Program-made: the position numbers and the translations under genes
Notes under the pieces: model-generated
The model's database searches: none
What the model was told of the DNA's origin: nothing
The model's input: the letters and a program-made list of their open reading frames with translations, nothing else
NCBI RefSeq assembly: GCF_964204865.1
Contig: NC_135250.1
Location: 24,366,001 to 24,430,000 of the forward strand
Source: Styela clava
Taxonomy: Eukaryota
DNA: 64,000 nucleotides
Direction of reading: 5' to 3'
Shown: in pieces, positions 41,947 to 55,209 of the stretch
How positions within the stretch are numbered: position 1 is the first letter of the stretch
How the letters are laid out: the number at the start of each line of letters is the position of its first letter

Positions 41947-42738
41947 ACAAATAAAACTTGTTTACGCAATTACAACCATCTCACACATTTTGTTACTTTA
42001 CACTTATAGTTTCAATTACTGCTCTTTCTAGATTATCGCTCAAGTTTCAAATATAATATTCTATAAATATGAAAATGAAAGCCTTTTTTTTTATAGATAT
42101 ACAAATGAGAGGAATAATGTTACAGGCACAATGCTTCTGATAATCTACGTTTAAACATAAAATAGGCAAAGAATGGATTTCAAAATCAATAAATATTCAG
42201 TTATCTATAGATTGGATAAATACAGAGTGACGCCAGAAAAAAAACAATGTTTGTGTATAATTGTACCAAAAGTTATATTAGTCTAGAACGCTTCGCACAC
42301 GCTTTGTTATGATCTCTATAGAATAACCTGGAGTCTGTTATTTTATTTTTTTCTTCACCCTGCAGTAATAAGCTATTATGTTGACGAATCACGTAATAGA
42401 AAGTTGAAATTGTAAAATTTACAAAGCTGATTGTGGGATTAGCTACTTAGAATACCCGGCTATAAGCTTGAGTCGCGACTCGCCTTCTAAGGACTTCACT
42501 CCAGTTCTACTCCACCTCCACTGAATATACATTCTCCTAAACTAAATAATTTAAATAAATATAAATTCATATCTATTTTATTATATGTAATATCTAATTT
42601 GATGGTATTTAACTGTTTAATTAAAACAGTTGGTTATAACAATGTGATACAATGTTAAAAAGCAAATGTAGTACTCATCAACATACAAAACAATAAATAC
42701 TGTTATAAACAAATATATTTATTGAAATTTTAACAGAA

Positions 42739-43044
42739 TAAACGAGAATATCGGTCGAAGACAGAAGACTTATCGATCAGAGATTAGGGGATCCCCAAAA
42801 CAGCGCTCTTACTCCATAGTGACACCGTGTGTCCAATCACTAATTAATTAATAACTCGCTAATTATACGACATAATTCATCGAAAATCAATAGGCTTCTG
42901 TTCCGAACTATGATGAATACACATGCCAAATTTGGAGCAGATTCAACCTCGCTTCCGTGAGATATCGCGTGTATCTAACAGACAAACAAACAAACAGACA
43001 AATACCTATCAACATACTTACCGATCTTAAGATCGATAAGTAAT
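42739..43044 (+). mobile_element. Helentron/DINE-1-like non-autonomous rolling-circle element
   Basis: Subterminal inverted repeats ACTTATCGATC (42768) / GATCGATAAGT (43031), 3' hairpin TACTTACCGATC-TTAA-GATCGATAAGTA, internal (ACAA/ACAG)n microsatellite. Confidence 0.6.
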
Positions 43045-43155
43045 AAATAATTTAAAGCATTCGTTTAACGTTAATTCATTCATATTGAAATTCAAATAAA
43101 TCTTGTTTTCTTTAAATGCAATTTTTTCTAACGACTGTACATGTTTCTCCTCTTT

Positions 43156-44368
43156 TTATAAGGACATTGCCACAATCCCAGAGCACTCAATATTATTGTT
43201 AGATTTAAGAAAATATTTATTATTGCATTGATCTGATTCGTCAGGTATTGCTTCACATTCGTCTGGGAGAATGGCAGTTTTCATGCTGCAAAACATAAAC
43301 GAGATATCTAAAGAGTTATCGACAAAAAAGTTTTTGAACAACTTTATAAACTTGTACTCCTATTTTTCTAAGATACTTAGTTTCCTATTTCAAATCCGAG
43401 TTTGGTCATAATATATAAGGCTACTTCGATCGACCATGCCTGGATTTAGGTGTTCTTGAAAGCCAACCGCATATAAATTGAGTTAGATCAGCCAAAATAT
43501 CGATTCACAAAAATCAAATCTTCGTTTCTTGCCCTACGTGAAACAAATACAAGCGAATAGAAGCAATTGGACAAATTATACTGTAGCGGCTTGATAGATA
43601 TCTTGGCTTTTATTGCATGATCGTTATTGTGAAGATTTTTCCAATTCTGCTGTGGGGATTGCAGTTTTATTCTCGAGCTCGTTGTAGACGACATAATTGA
43701 ATGTTAAATTTAAACAGCGAAGTTCCAATTCGGGTTAACCATAATATAAGTTCCTCCTCTATAGGTTTGCATACGCTACTGCAAAGGTCATCTTTCCTTG
43801 GGAAATTCCTATTAATAACCATAGTTTTTCCAGTCAACATTCGGAAATGAGGATTATTTATCGCAATTATCATCACATTTAACTGAATTACTCTGGCGTT
43901 AAATTTTATAATTACTCCCCTGTTACAACAAGATGTGGCAACTTCGTTAATAAATCGATAAACTACGAATAGTCGAGATGCGAGATGTTCAGTAGACTTT
44001 TTTATTTCAGTGAAGCCGACAGGACATGACGATGGAAGATCATCATCATCAATATCTATAAATTCGGTTCCAACTTCATCAGGTCTTGTCATTCCTTTTT
44101 TTACAAGTAATAAACAGTTCAGATGAGTCTGTATAATAAAGGATTTATTAAATGAATGCGTTAAAAACTCGATATTTTCTCAAAGTACCAATACATACGG
44201 AATAAGGTATGATACTGCATCGATATTCAACGCATGGTCCATCGTTCCACACCTCGCCAATGTCATACCTATTCGTAATTCGAGTTGTGATTAAAGTATA
44301 CAAACACTTCGTATTTAATGATATATCATAGGTACAACTGGCGTTGGTGCATTCAACAATTGCAAATG
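43156..44368 (-). pseudogene. MSMB-like pseudogene M3
   Basis: Exon 1 remnant ~44368-44199 lacks the ATG/signal start and has C>Y in CxC. Exon 2 (44128-43920) has a mutated donor (GGGAGT). Exon 3 (43285-43156) is open. Confidence 0.82.
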
Positions 44369-44511
44369 AATGCGATTCGTTTTGTCGTGTTATTTTCGTT
44401 CACTATTTTTGTGACTTCAAAGCGGGACGCCTCCAAAGACAACAACCCCTTAGCTGTGATTTTGTAACTTTACATTTTTCGATTTCACAATACAAAGGCC
44501 TACATTTAAAG

Positions 44512-45314
44512 CAGAGGTGACCAACCTGAAACCCGCTAAGGAATTTCATGCAGCCCGCGAATCAATCAGGCGATTCGGTGTATGTTTGGCTTGAAGTCAT
44601 AAACCTTTAGGGCTGTTCAGAGAAAACAGGAGCCCAGGATTACTTATATTACTGGCAACGCTATTTCAAATAAATCTTCAAATCTTGTTTTGTTGGATCC
44701 TCGATATCTTTATCAATGGATCAAAATAACCATTGTCTTATAATAGTTCCGCAGTTAGGCAAGCGCATCGAGATTAATGGAGGTAGGATAACCTTAGTTT
44801 GTGAAAATGTGATGTTTTGGCGCACGGGACATCTGGAAGTAATAAAAAGTTTATAACTTTAGCTCAATGATTAAAACAATGAAAAATCTTGAAAAATGAC
44901 TACGTTTTAAAAACCGGTTAATCGCCACAGGATGGATTCGTTTAAAATTTCTGTATCCGAAGACTTGCGAAATACGGATCTTTTGTACAAAGCCTTCGCC
45001 ACTAATGTGAAATTTGAGAAAATTTGAGAGTTTCTAAATCGTCAGTTCGTCCTAATCAAAAACGCTTAGTGAAGCAAAAAAGTTTTCATCTCACTAAGCA
45101 AAACATGTATTGAATGTTCTATTTTTATTTTATGCTGCAATATATCATTAAATAACTTCAGGATGGATGGATGGTATGTATGGATTAAGTTGTTCGTTTT
45201 CGTTAATGAAAATTAATAGGTATTACCATAGTATGACTAAAAAGTTGTGCGGCCCGCTAAGTCAGCGTTGACTGATAAAATAGCCCGCGAGAGCAGATGG
45301 GTTCGTCACCCCTG
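44512..45314. mobile_element. Non-autonomous hAT-like element, ~800 bp
   Basis: Ends CAGAGGTGACCAACC / GGTTCGTCACCCCTG, degenerate 8-bp TSD (ATTTAAAG/ATTCAAAA), CCCGC subterminal motifs. Confidence 0.7.
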
Positions 45315-46374
45315 ATTCAAAACAATCCCACCTGTCTTCATTGACCATATTGTCATCGAAAGTTTATGTGCATATTCTCTGTCTAAATATCGGGTTCAGT
45401 TCGTAAAATAAAAAGGAATTAACGTTAACGATATAAAATAATTCGAATTTAGATTTTTTATGTACAACAAAAGGAAGAAAGAATAATGAAATAGTCTGCG
45501 GCTTTCAAGCACTGAGAATTCGCCTAATCATACTTTTCTGTAGATAACACCTTCTTTAAAAAGACGTTCAATGTTACATCCACGTAAAAGTCAGAGCAGG
45601 ACCACTTAGTATTGATTTTACATGTGATAGGTTCGCTAACTACGAAACAAACAAAATAACGCATTCACCTTCAGATAGTAGGCTAGCGCTGCGCTGCAAA
45701 GCAACAGCAGTAACGAGAACATGTTATTGGTAATGTTCGTGTATTATGCTGGATGGATGAACGCCAAAGCGGGAATTTGACTAAATTTCAAATTGCTTAT
45801 CATTTTAGTTTTGACTACTTTCGGTTATATTCCAATTAGTTTCAAGTAAGTCACGCAAAATGTATCGGCGAGCGTTTAAAGTGAAGGTTTAAGGACCAAG
45901 TTAAGACACCTATATATAAATCACACGTAAAATTAATGAAATTTGTCGCAGCCACCATCCTTAACGAAGTAGACAAATACATAAATTGAAAATTTCATTT
46001 CCTACGGGATATACAGCATTGTAATTTCATATTTCGTCGTCATTAGCGATGCCACAATGCCGGTCATAATTGATAGTTATTAAATTCTCCATAAGAGTTG
46101 AATAATTAACACGAATGAAAGTTGTTTTCGAGATTTCATGCAATTGGAAGTAGTCACATCGAAATTAAAAAGCTAAATATATTTCATACAAATTTTTCAA
46201 GACGAAAACATAAAATCAACGGAAATAAAATAAAAAACTTTGGTAAACAGATTAGTAATACAGACAAAATATTTCTATAAATAAATTAAAACTTTCTACA
46301 TTATTAAATAAACTTGTAATCTTGTCGTAAAAATATCTATTTTTTAATCACGAATGTGAATACTTGCACTCTCG

Positions 46375-46440
46375 TGATTTGTAAACAAATTGAAAATGGA
46401 GAAAATCACTTTATCATGTGCTCAGAAAAGTATATAAGAC
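46375..46440 (+). promoter_or_regulatory. Putative M4 core promoter (TATATAAG at 46431; forkhead-like TGTAAACA upstream)
   Basis: Same block at the same spacing (~150-160 nt before the ATG) for M5, M7 and M9. The TATA part is missing in pseudogene M1. Confidence 0.5.
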
Positions 46441-46579
46441 TGTGATTATGTCAGATACAGCACAATTGAAATTATTTCTGTAGAAATTAGTTACTCCGCT
46501 GATTTTCAAATTTCTACGTTGTGGTTTAAAATCGAAACCTTATTTGCTTGAATTATTGAGTTTGTTTCTTATAAACAAG

Positions 46580-47368
46580 ATGAAAAATGTCGCGATCAAA
46601 GCAGTTTTTATAACGTTGATCTCATTTACAATTGTTGGATGCATCCACGCCTTTCCGTGCCTTTCCCACGGTACAACAGGAGGTAGAAGGTGTGAACACA
46701 CTCTCATTAGTGCTCCAGTGTTTGAGGCTACGAAATTTTATGAAGTTGGTGAAGTGTGGGACGATGGAATATGCGTTGAATGTCGATGCCATCCCGTAAC
46801 TTACAGAGTATGTATTGGTACTTTGTCATGGATTGCTGTTTAATCAAAAATAACCTTTTAAGCACATTTGTTTATTACATTTATACAGACTCTAAACTGT
46901 TCGCTAATGACACGTCATGGAATTCCTGGACCTGATAAAGTTCGATCTTTTTATGAAGATATTGATATTCTTCCATCATCATGTCCAACCGGCTTCATCG
47001 AAATGAAAGAATCTAGTAAACATCTCCCATCTCTAATGTTCCTAGTTTTTCGAACAATCGAAACTGTTGAAACAAGATGTTGTAGTAGGTAAGTGATAAT
47101 AAAACCTAATTAAATAAGTTACACGCGCCTAAATGCAGTTAGTTATGATGATGATTGTGTTACATAATCCTTTTACAGAATGTAAAATTAGTACCCTCAG
47201 TAGCGCACGCAACCATAACTCTCTATGTTTCTGTTTTTCAGATACCAACTTGCCAGTTTCCCAGACGAGTGTGAAGCGATACCTCACGATTCCGATCCAT
47301 GCAAAGACAAATATGTTCTCAAATCTAACAATACTGTTGAGTGCCCTGGAGTTAAAATTTTTATATAA
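46580..47368 (+). CDS. MSMB-like secreted protein M4, intact, 184 aa
   Basis: Exons 46580-46807, 46889-47088, 47242-47368. GT-AG, in frame, all 12 mature-chain Cys present, TATA box upstream. Confidence 0.82.
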
Positions 47369-47830
47369 AATAAAATGCTTTGAATTTACATATAAATATT
47401 CAATTTGTTCAATTTACAAACAACGTATGTATGTTGGGTAGGAGCCCCAGGAAGCTCAGTCGCGAGTCACGGGTTATCCGAGTCTTGAGTCAAGGCTGCG
47501 TCTATGCAAAGTTTCAAGTTCTCGTCGAAAGTCGTTATAACAGATTTTATAAACAACAGGAAAAGGAATAAATATGAGTCGCATTTGCAATATGGCATGA
47601 AACTTCCCATCTCACGTTAACCAACGTTATTTCGTCATATCGAACTAGGATTTGATCATGAATTCAACAACATTCACATCGGTATCTTCACGCTATATCA
47701 CAAGTTATAGCTACAAAAAGCTAGTAAGTTTTCGATAATTTTTAATACGATGTTAATCAGAATTTTCTCCAAATTTTAAATCACGTCTCGGGTGGTCAGT
47801 CGAGTCCTTTGAGGCTTGAATCATTTAAAC

Positions 47831-49416
47831 CAGGGGTCACCAAACTTTTTTGACCGCGGGCCGGGTATGACTCAAACTGTGTTGAAACGGGCCGGATGAA
47901 TATTCTTGTCAATGCAATATAATAAATTCACAGAAGTTGGGAAATCCATTCAACAATATATCTTCTACATTTCTGAAGACTTGATTCAAATTCTATCTAT
48001 ATCGCAGAATATAGATCAGGAACATCCTAGGAAAACAAATATGGAAGATTTCAATATCTAAACAACTATCCTGAGTTTAGCTGGTATCAAAACGTTTCTG
48101 TCGTGAATTAGGAATTTTCAAAATCCGCTTTTTCGCGCCAAAAAATGTACGCATCATGTCTGCTAAGTACCGTTATGCAGTGTTGGAAAACCGCTCATAA
48201 AAACGACTACGGACTGCTTGCTGTAGCTTAGAATTCCATGAAATTTTGACATAATTTAGATCAAATAAACATCTATTATCTGGTATTTAATTTTTTTCAT
48301 TAGCGCATAAATTTCCCAACATTCGACGCTTTTAAAAATTACGCTCCAGTTATATGTAGTGCAAATTAATGATATTATCTATGGACAGCAATAACTTTTA
48401 TATGTACGTGTGTATTTCTTTCCTAATTTGATACTTACCAATTTTTATGACGTTTGCACAATCAGAACATCGTTAAATAGTACTCACAATGAACCACTGT
48501 CAAACTATCATGCACAACTCCAGCGTTTATTTGTGACGATCTTTCGGCGGTGTCAATGACCGTTGCCAGAATAAAATCCAGAAATAGTCTCAATATTCCA
48601 TAGATGTGACGCACATCGAAATATTAGTGAATAATATGTGTTCTTTTTTCCTATTTATTACAATTCTTATCAAAAAGTAATACAATCTTTATGGAAAAAA
48701 TTGGCCTGTCGGGTGGTACTAAAGTTCCGATATTTTCGTTATTTCTTGACCGTTTGTTATAAACTTGGTATTATTTTCTATTTTCACTCAGATCTATCCA
48801 CTGACGCAGTTTTTATTTATATCGGAGTTAGTGTGACTTGTGAAATTGGAGCTGTACGCGAGGGATTACAGTACTGTTAGCGCAAAATGCACATTCGATG
48901 TTTATTTTAGCACAAGAAACGTAAACAGTTTCGTCGAAAGCACGCGCTACGAGTGTACAAGAGCATTTTTCTCAGAAAACGTTGCATACCGGTAGAGAAT
49001 TTTTGCCTATTATGTCACAGCTATTCCTAGACCAATTTTTCCTTACTACTATTAAAACTACAACTCCTAAGGACGCAAATGATGATTGACTTATTTGATT
49101 CATACTTAAATTTCCGAAACACAACCAAAAACTAACGAATAGCATTTAAAGTCGCAAAAACGAAATATTGTTTACAACCACGACTGAAAATCTATCAGGG
49201 TGAAAAAAGTGTCTGAGCGAAAGCGAAAAGACCTATTATTACGTCACGTTTTTGCATCTTGCTGATTGGCCAATGTTACAAATTAAACAAGGAAGACGAT
49301 GCTCGGGAAAATCTCCCTTGGAAAAATATTTAGCAATTTTTGCGTGTTATTGCGGGCCGGATAAAGTGACGCCGCGGGCCGGATCCGGCCCGCGGGCCGT
49401 AGTTTGGTGATCCCTG
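47831..49416. mobile_element. Non-autonomous hAT (Charlie-like) element, 1586 bp
   Basis: TIR CAGGGGTCACCAAACT/AGTTTGGTGATCCCTG, perfect TSD ATTTAAAC, subterminal GCGGGCCG repeats. Empty paralogous site at ~34700-34730 (inverted). Confidence 0.9.
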
Positions 49417-49494
49417 ATTTAAACCTCTGAAGCGCTGTTTATAAATACTCAGAATTGGCAATACATATATATACATATATTTAAGGACGGACTT

Positions 49495-50511
49495 TCAAAT
49501 TTTCAAATCTATCATAGCAACATAATACGCTATTATTAGGAAAACCAGTGTCCCCAAAAGGATTTTAAATCGTCTGTGTAAATCCTCCATCAAGCCACAA
49601 TTATGTTCCCATTTGTTGGCCAACAGTTTGTGGGTCATTTCGGCTTTATTGCTACCATACCATTCATCTTCACTTGAACGAATCGTCAGTATTACCTACG
49701 TACGTATAGAAAGTGTATGTAACGCCATAGCTATAAAAATTGTTAGTATGCATAAGTAAATCTCCTCCCTCCATACCAACCTCGTACAAACATCGTAGAA
49801 AACGGACCAGCAGACCACTTTGGCGTCAAAGAAGCCATAAATGGTGGCCACTTTACAGTATATGATAAGTTAAGTTGTGAGTGAGAAGCATAAACATTGA
49901 CACATTTAAAGATATGATTTTGATGGTCGACTCGATAAGCTAAAGGCTACGTTTTTTCTCTAAGCTGCCAACTTATCTGGCAACAAAACCTAGAAGGTAA
50001 CTTTTCAATATTTCCTATGCTGCGTTGTATTCGTTAAAACTTTCAATAATGAAATATACTTTATTCTGTATTTCCGCAATTTTAGTTTGCTATTATTACT
50101 CCTTCGATCAATTTTATGCCAATCGTGAAACTAATTATACCAATATCTTTGAAATTTTCATCAAAAATCCTAAATGATTCTATTTACCTACTTTAGCATC
50201 TGAAAATTCTTCCATGATTTGTTCCCAAACTGCAACTGCTGGCCAGTCCATTACTGCATCAACATCTCCGAGAATTCGACGGTATTCTTCTGTGGTGACT
50301 GTTTTGGTCACAATCTAATTCTAGGTTATAAATAATACCCAACTTAATTGAAGACAACGTCGAATACTAAAACTAACTTTACCTTGTCCCACAGTTCTCT
50401 GTCATACAAAAGCTGTTCAAATGCATCGTGTACGTTATATTCAAGTATTCTTAATGCTTCTGCGATAGATTTTGTCCCGGTTTTCTGGAGACATGCACAT
50501 ATTATTTTCAT
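49495..50511 (-). CDS. Internally deleted mini-sulfotransferase S5 (150-aa open ORF; may be a pseudogene)
   Basis: Exons 50511-50383, 50314-50192, 49695-49495. The third exon is an in-frame fusion of the exon-3 start (VILTIRSSEDEWYGS) to the exon-5 end (NKAEMTHKLLANKWEHNCG...TM*). P-loop AGL is changed to ACL. Confidence 0.55.
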
Positions 50512-51728
50512 TGCGATATCGCGGATATAGGCGAGTGCGTCTAACTAAATATGCTGGTAAGTAATGTATAAAATTAAATTGGTTTTGGGTCTAATTTCTA
50601 TTTCTCACTGCGATTTGGGCATTAGTTTGATTTCAATACTCTTCACACAGTCTAATTAGTAGCGATTAATCAAAATCAAGGCTGTGGAGTAGTAATATTA
50701 ATTTCACAAATCTGTAACAAGTGTAAAATGCGTGCGAACTTCAATGACGTTATAGGCTATGTATATGACTCAAGTAAAAAGACGGCGTTTAGAAACTCAT
50801 ACTAATTAAATTAAGTCGCCATTTGAATATAGTGTTGATACAGTCTCTACGTCACCCAATAAAATAGAAATCACGATATCAACTTCATAATTTTATTTTA
50901 TATGTACCAAACAGCTCAAATAACTGATCTGAGAGAGTCAAATCTACAACCAAACACATTTTGTCTTTCTACGTATTCTTAACATATGTTGGTGTCGTGC
51001 AGAAGAAATAGTAGCCTACCGTTACAGTCAGCTCCCGGTGCTCTGAACACACTAAAATATAAACCGGAAGAATGATTTTATAGTTAAATCTTATACAGGG
51101 AATTCTGTTTATATGTCTACTGATAATTTCGAGAACTATTTTGTCGTTAGAACGATAGGGGTTCTGAATGGTTTTTATTTGTTTACGAACGTTTATTGTT
51201 AGGCTTCGGGCTTTCCATTATAAATTGCGTAAGACTGGCACTGAGCTCGCAATGAAAACAACGCAGGGCGTTAAAGAATATCGGTACAAAAATCCATGGC
51301 AGTTAGCAGTCTCACGTTAGCAGTGTCACTGTATTGTTTCCAATGACTCGAAACTCGAATAACCTGTGAATCGCGACTAGGCGTTCAGGGACACCTATTC
51401 AACACTGAATATACATACATTCTATCAAATTAAAGAAATTAAATATATGAAAATTCAGAGCATTTTATTATATATACTATTTAACTCACTAGTATTCAGT
51501 TGTATTAAACTCGTCACAATGTGGTACAATGTTTAAAAACACACAAATACAGAACATTTTATACTAATCATATTGACATCCAAAAATATTCATTGAAATT
51601 GTAACAGGAAAATGTGACAATTAGCGGTATTTGTTTAATTAATGTAAATTTATTTAAATGCAAATCTAAATCAATAATTGTTTCTTTAATGTAATTCTTT
51701 ATATATATTATAGAATTTCCTTCCCCTT

Positions 51729-52527
51729 TCATTCAGATATTGCTATATCTACAGGACACTCAATAGTATTGTCAAATCTGAGAACATATTTTTGTTTGCA
51801 TGGATCGGTCTCATCAGGAATCGCTTCACACTCGTCTGGGAGAATGGCAGTTTGCCTGCTGAAAAACATAAACAAATTATTTAGAGAGTTATGATTGCGT
51901 GCGGTACCAAGGTTACTAATTTTACATTCCGTAAAAAGATTATTTATCACAATCATCATCATAACTAACTGCATTTAGGCGCGTGTAACCTATCCAATCA
52001 AATTTTATAACTACTTACTTGTCACAGCAAGATGTGGCAACATTTTTAATTGTTCTATAAACTACGAACATTATAGATGGGAGATGTTTATTAGATTCTT
52101 TCATTTCGGTGAAGTTGGGTGGACATGATGATGGAAAATGAAAACGATCAGTATCTTCAATTACGGTTTCAACTTTAGCAGGTCCAGGCAATCCATTTTC
52201 TGACACAAGCGAACAGTTTAGAATCTGTATAAATGTAATAAACAAATGTGTCCAAAAAGTTATTTTTGTTAAGCAACAATCCATGACAAAGTCCCCATAC
52301 ATACTTGATAAGATGCGATGTTACATTGACATTCAATGCATGGTCCATTGTTCCACACTTCACCAATTTCATAAAATTTCATAATTATACTCATGGGAGT
52401 AATTGAAAAGTGTTGACACTTTCTAATTCCGGTTATACGGTTTCCACAACTTGCGTTGATGCAGCCAACAATTGCAAATGCAGTCAAAGTTATGAAAACA
52501 TTTTTTTGTCGCGGAGCATTCCATCAT
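51729..52527 (-). pseudogene. MSMB-like M5: single +1 frameshift in an A7 run of the signal peptide, otherwise intact
   Basis: Three exons are open with all Cys. The ATG at 52524/52527 is out of frame by 1 nt through a homopolymer (52501-52507), so this is either a true lesion or an assembly error. Confidence 0.65.
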
Positions 52528-54929
52528 GTTTGTAAGAAACGAATTCGATATCTCAAGCAAATAAGGTTTCAATTTTATACCTCGACGTAGAAAATCAGCG
52601 GAGTAACTAATTTCTACAGAAATAATTTTAATTGTGCTGTATCTGACATAATCACAGTCTTATATACTTTTCTGAGCAGATAAAAAGCTAATTTTTTCTC
52701 TATTTTCAATTTGTTTACAAATCACGAGAGTGCAAGTAGTCACGTTTGTGATTTAAAAATAGATATTTTCTACGACGAGTTGACGAGTTTTTTTAATAAT
52801 GGAGAAAGTTTTAATTTATTTATAGAAATATTTTGTAAGTATCTGTTTTCAAAATTTTATAATTTCATTTTTTTCGATTTTATGTTTTCGTCCTCAAATA
52901 TATTCTATGAAATAAATTTAGATATTTAATTTAGATATGACTACTTCCAATTGCATGAAATCTCGTAAACAACTTTAATTTGCGTCAATTATTTCACTTT
53001 GGAGAAATTAAAAATTATCAATCACGCCGAGCACTTTTACATCGCAAATGACATGGAGAATAGGAAATTGCAATGGTGTATATCCCGTAGGAAATAGAAC
53101 TTTCGGATACGTATTTTTGTGCTGCGTTGAAGCTGAAAGTTGCAACAATTTTACAAAACTATGCATTCATTTCATGTGTGACTTCATAGATGCTCCATGA
53201 ATTGTGTCAGGATTTGTTTTCCACAACCAGTATCTTATATGAACAATATCTTGCATTGGGATAGCTTACAAATCACCAAGTATCAGATTGATATATATTG
53301 CCATAAATAATCAGGAATTGTAGTATAAAAAAAATTCAATCGTCTATTTTCAGTAGTTTTTCCTTTCAATTTTTTGGAAATAAATATAAAACTATTTTAC
53401 TGTTCGTCCGCAACTCTTCGCTCAGAAATCAGTCTCCTTCATGTTAAAGAATTGAAACGTATTTAGAAAATAAATTTTTGCAAAGAAAAAGTTTTTCAAA
53501 TTCGTAAGGCGTCGTCCTACTATAATTGCTGTTACCTTTATATATCTTTACTCTCTGAATCCCAGGCAGTAATATTTTCAGAAAGCAGGATAGTTTAAAT
53601 TACTCTGTGAGAAATGTTAGTTGCAGAAGAGTTCAACAAAGATTTATAATTAGCGCTTCATCACATATTTTCAGATAAAAACCAAAAGAACCAAAATAAA
53701 ATTGAAATAAAAAAACACACTCCATTTTACCAAAACATTCTCGTCAATGAAAATCGAAAGCAAAGTCGGTTCATTTCTTTGTCGCGAACCTCGGCCGAAA
53801 CCGACAACAAGCGGCCCGAGGCCAAAAACGTTTCATTGGAACCTGTGAAAATAATCAAAATTTGTGATAACTATAAAACGATCATGAAATATTATTACTC
53901 GTAATCTTTCTATAACATTTGTTTCTCAAAAATTAGGAATGAAAACAATGTAATTATATGTAATCACCCAGTTCAGACTCAACCATTATTCTGAACGTAA
54001 AAGAACATGGTTTGAAGTTTTGGATATGCAGGAATCTAGTTCTCGCAAAAAATTATTTATGATTATAACACCAAATGTAAAAAATGAAAACAATTCAAAA
54101 TTTTGCATGAAATTTTTCAGCTTCAACGCTCGCCAATAAATCTAATTGCGTAACTTACGTGAAACTAATGGAATGTAACTGGAAATAGTCCCAACAAAAC
54201 TAAGGAGAATTTCTAATTTGTGGAAAACAAAACACAAATAAACTACTAAATTTAGAAGTTATCGAAATAGCTGCAAATCTTCGGTGACATTCTTCCAGAT
54301 CTGAGTTGTTTCATAAAACTATCTAAAAGATTGATTACGTATTTTAGATTTATGTTTGCGCTGTATGCATCAGTGAATAAGTTGTCTTTAAAAAAATGTA
54401 TTTGCAAACATAGAAAAAAATAAGAGTGTTCACTTTTGCTATAGTAAACGAAAATAGAACGAATCGCATTCATTTTTTCCGGTCTCGAAAAGTATGAAAC
54501 GCTGCGAATATGTTAAATACAGCATAACTAAACTGATTCGATTCCAACTTCCAAGGTTTGTTTCATCGAGTCTTTTCGTTCAAACTTTTAGCAAAGCATA
54601 CTAGATACTAGTGTTTTTTTCGCCTACGTTTGTACCCTCTAACTGTGAACACGCATTCCTTATATATATCCTTCCGGGCTAATTCAAATATTGTGCTCGG
54701 CAAAAACCCATTAGAATAACTCCTGCTATTGAAGCTGAATCCGTAACTTATTCAGGCCGAAAGACACTTTTATTATTGTGTCACAAACCTTTAATCAAAA
54801 ATTACATTTTATTAAGAATAAAAAATCATCTAAAATTTCACTAAATTACACCTCACAACAATAAAAATTGACTACAAGCTGATTATCAAAATCGGGAAGT
54901 TGCAACTGGTATAATGCATCAATGACTGA

Positions 54930-55016
54930 ACCCACCCCAACTCTGCCGACTATATCATAAAATAATATATACACTAAACACGATACAAATGCAACAATAA
55001 CAAAGCATATTCTTAC
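54930..55016 (-). pseudogene. Sulfotransferase C-terminal TM fragment (S1/S2-like)
   Basis: RICFVIVAFVSCLVYI matches the S2 tail KICFVIVAIISCLVYY. The downstream 3' region resembles 26400-26520. Confidence 0.65.
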
Positions 55017-55209
55017 CGTATGACTGCCTATTCTACAGAGTTCCATACGCTACTGCAAAAGTCATTTTTGTATGAAGTTGCTGATAATAACCGTAGGTTA
55101 TTATTGATTTTACATTCGGAAAAAATTATTTATCTTAATGATCATATCACCATCATCATAACTAACGGCATTCAAGCGAGTGTAACTTTACCATGAATGT
55201 TTTTAATTA

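Noticed and set aside
46808-46825. Alternative donor G|GTACT extending MSMB exon 1 by VCI
   Set aside because: It gives phase 1 and shifts exon 2 into a frame with early stops. The GTATGT donor keeps the Cys-conserving frame in the intact copies.
47133-47441. ORFs MQLVMMMIV... (47133, 57893, 51974, 36068) as a separate gene family
   Set aside because: They start in intron 2 of the MSMB-like genes and mostly run out of frame through exon 3. Recurrence is explained by duplication.
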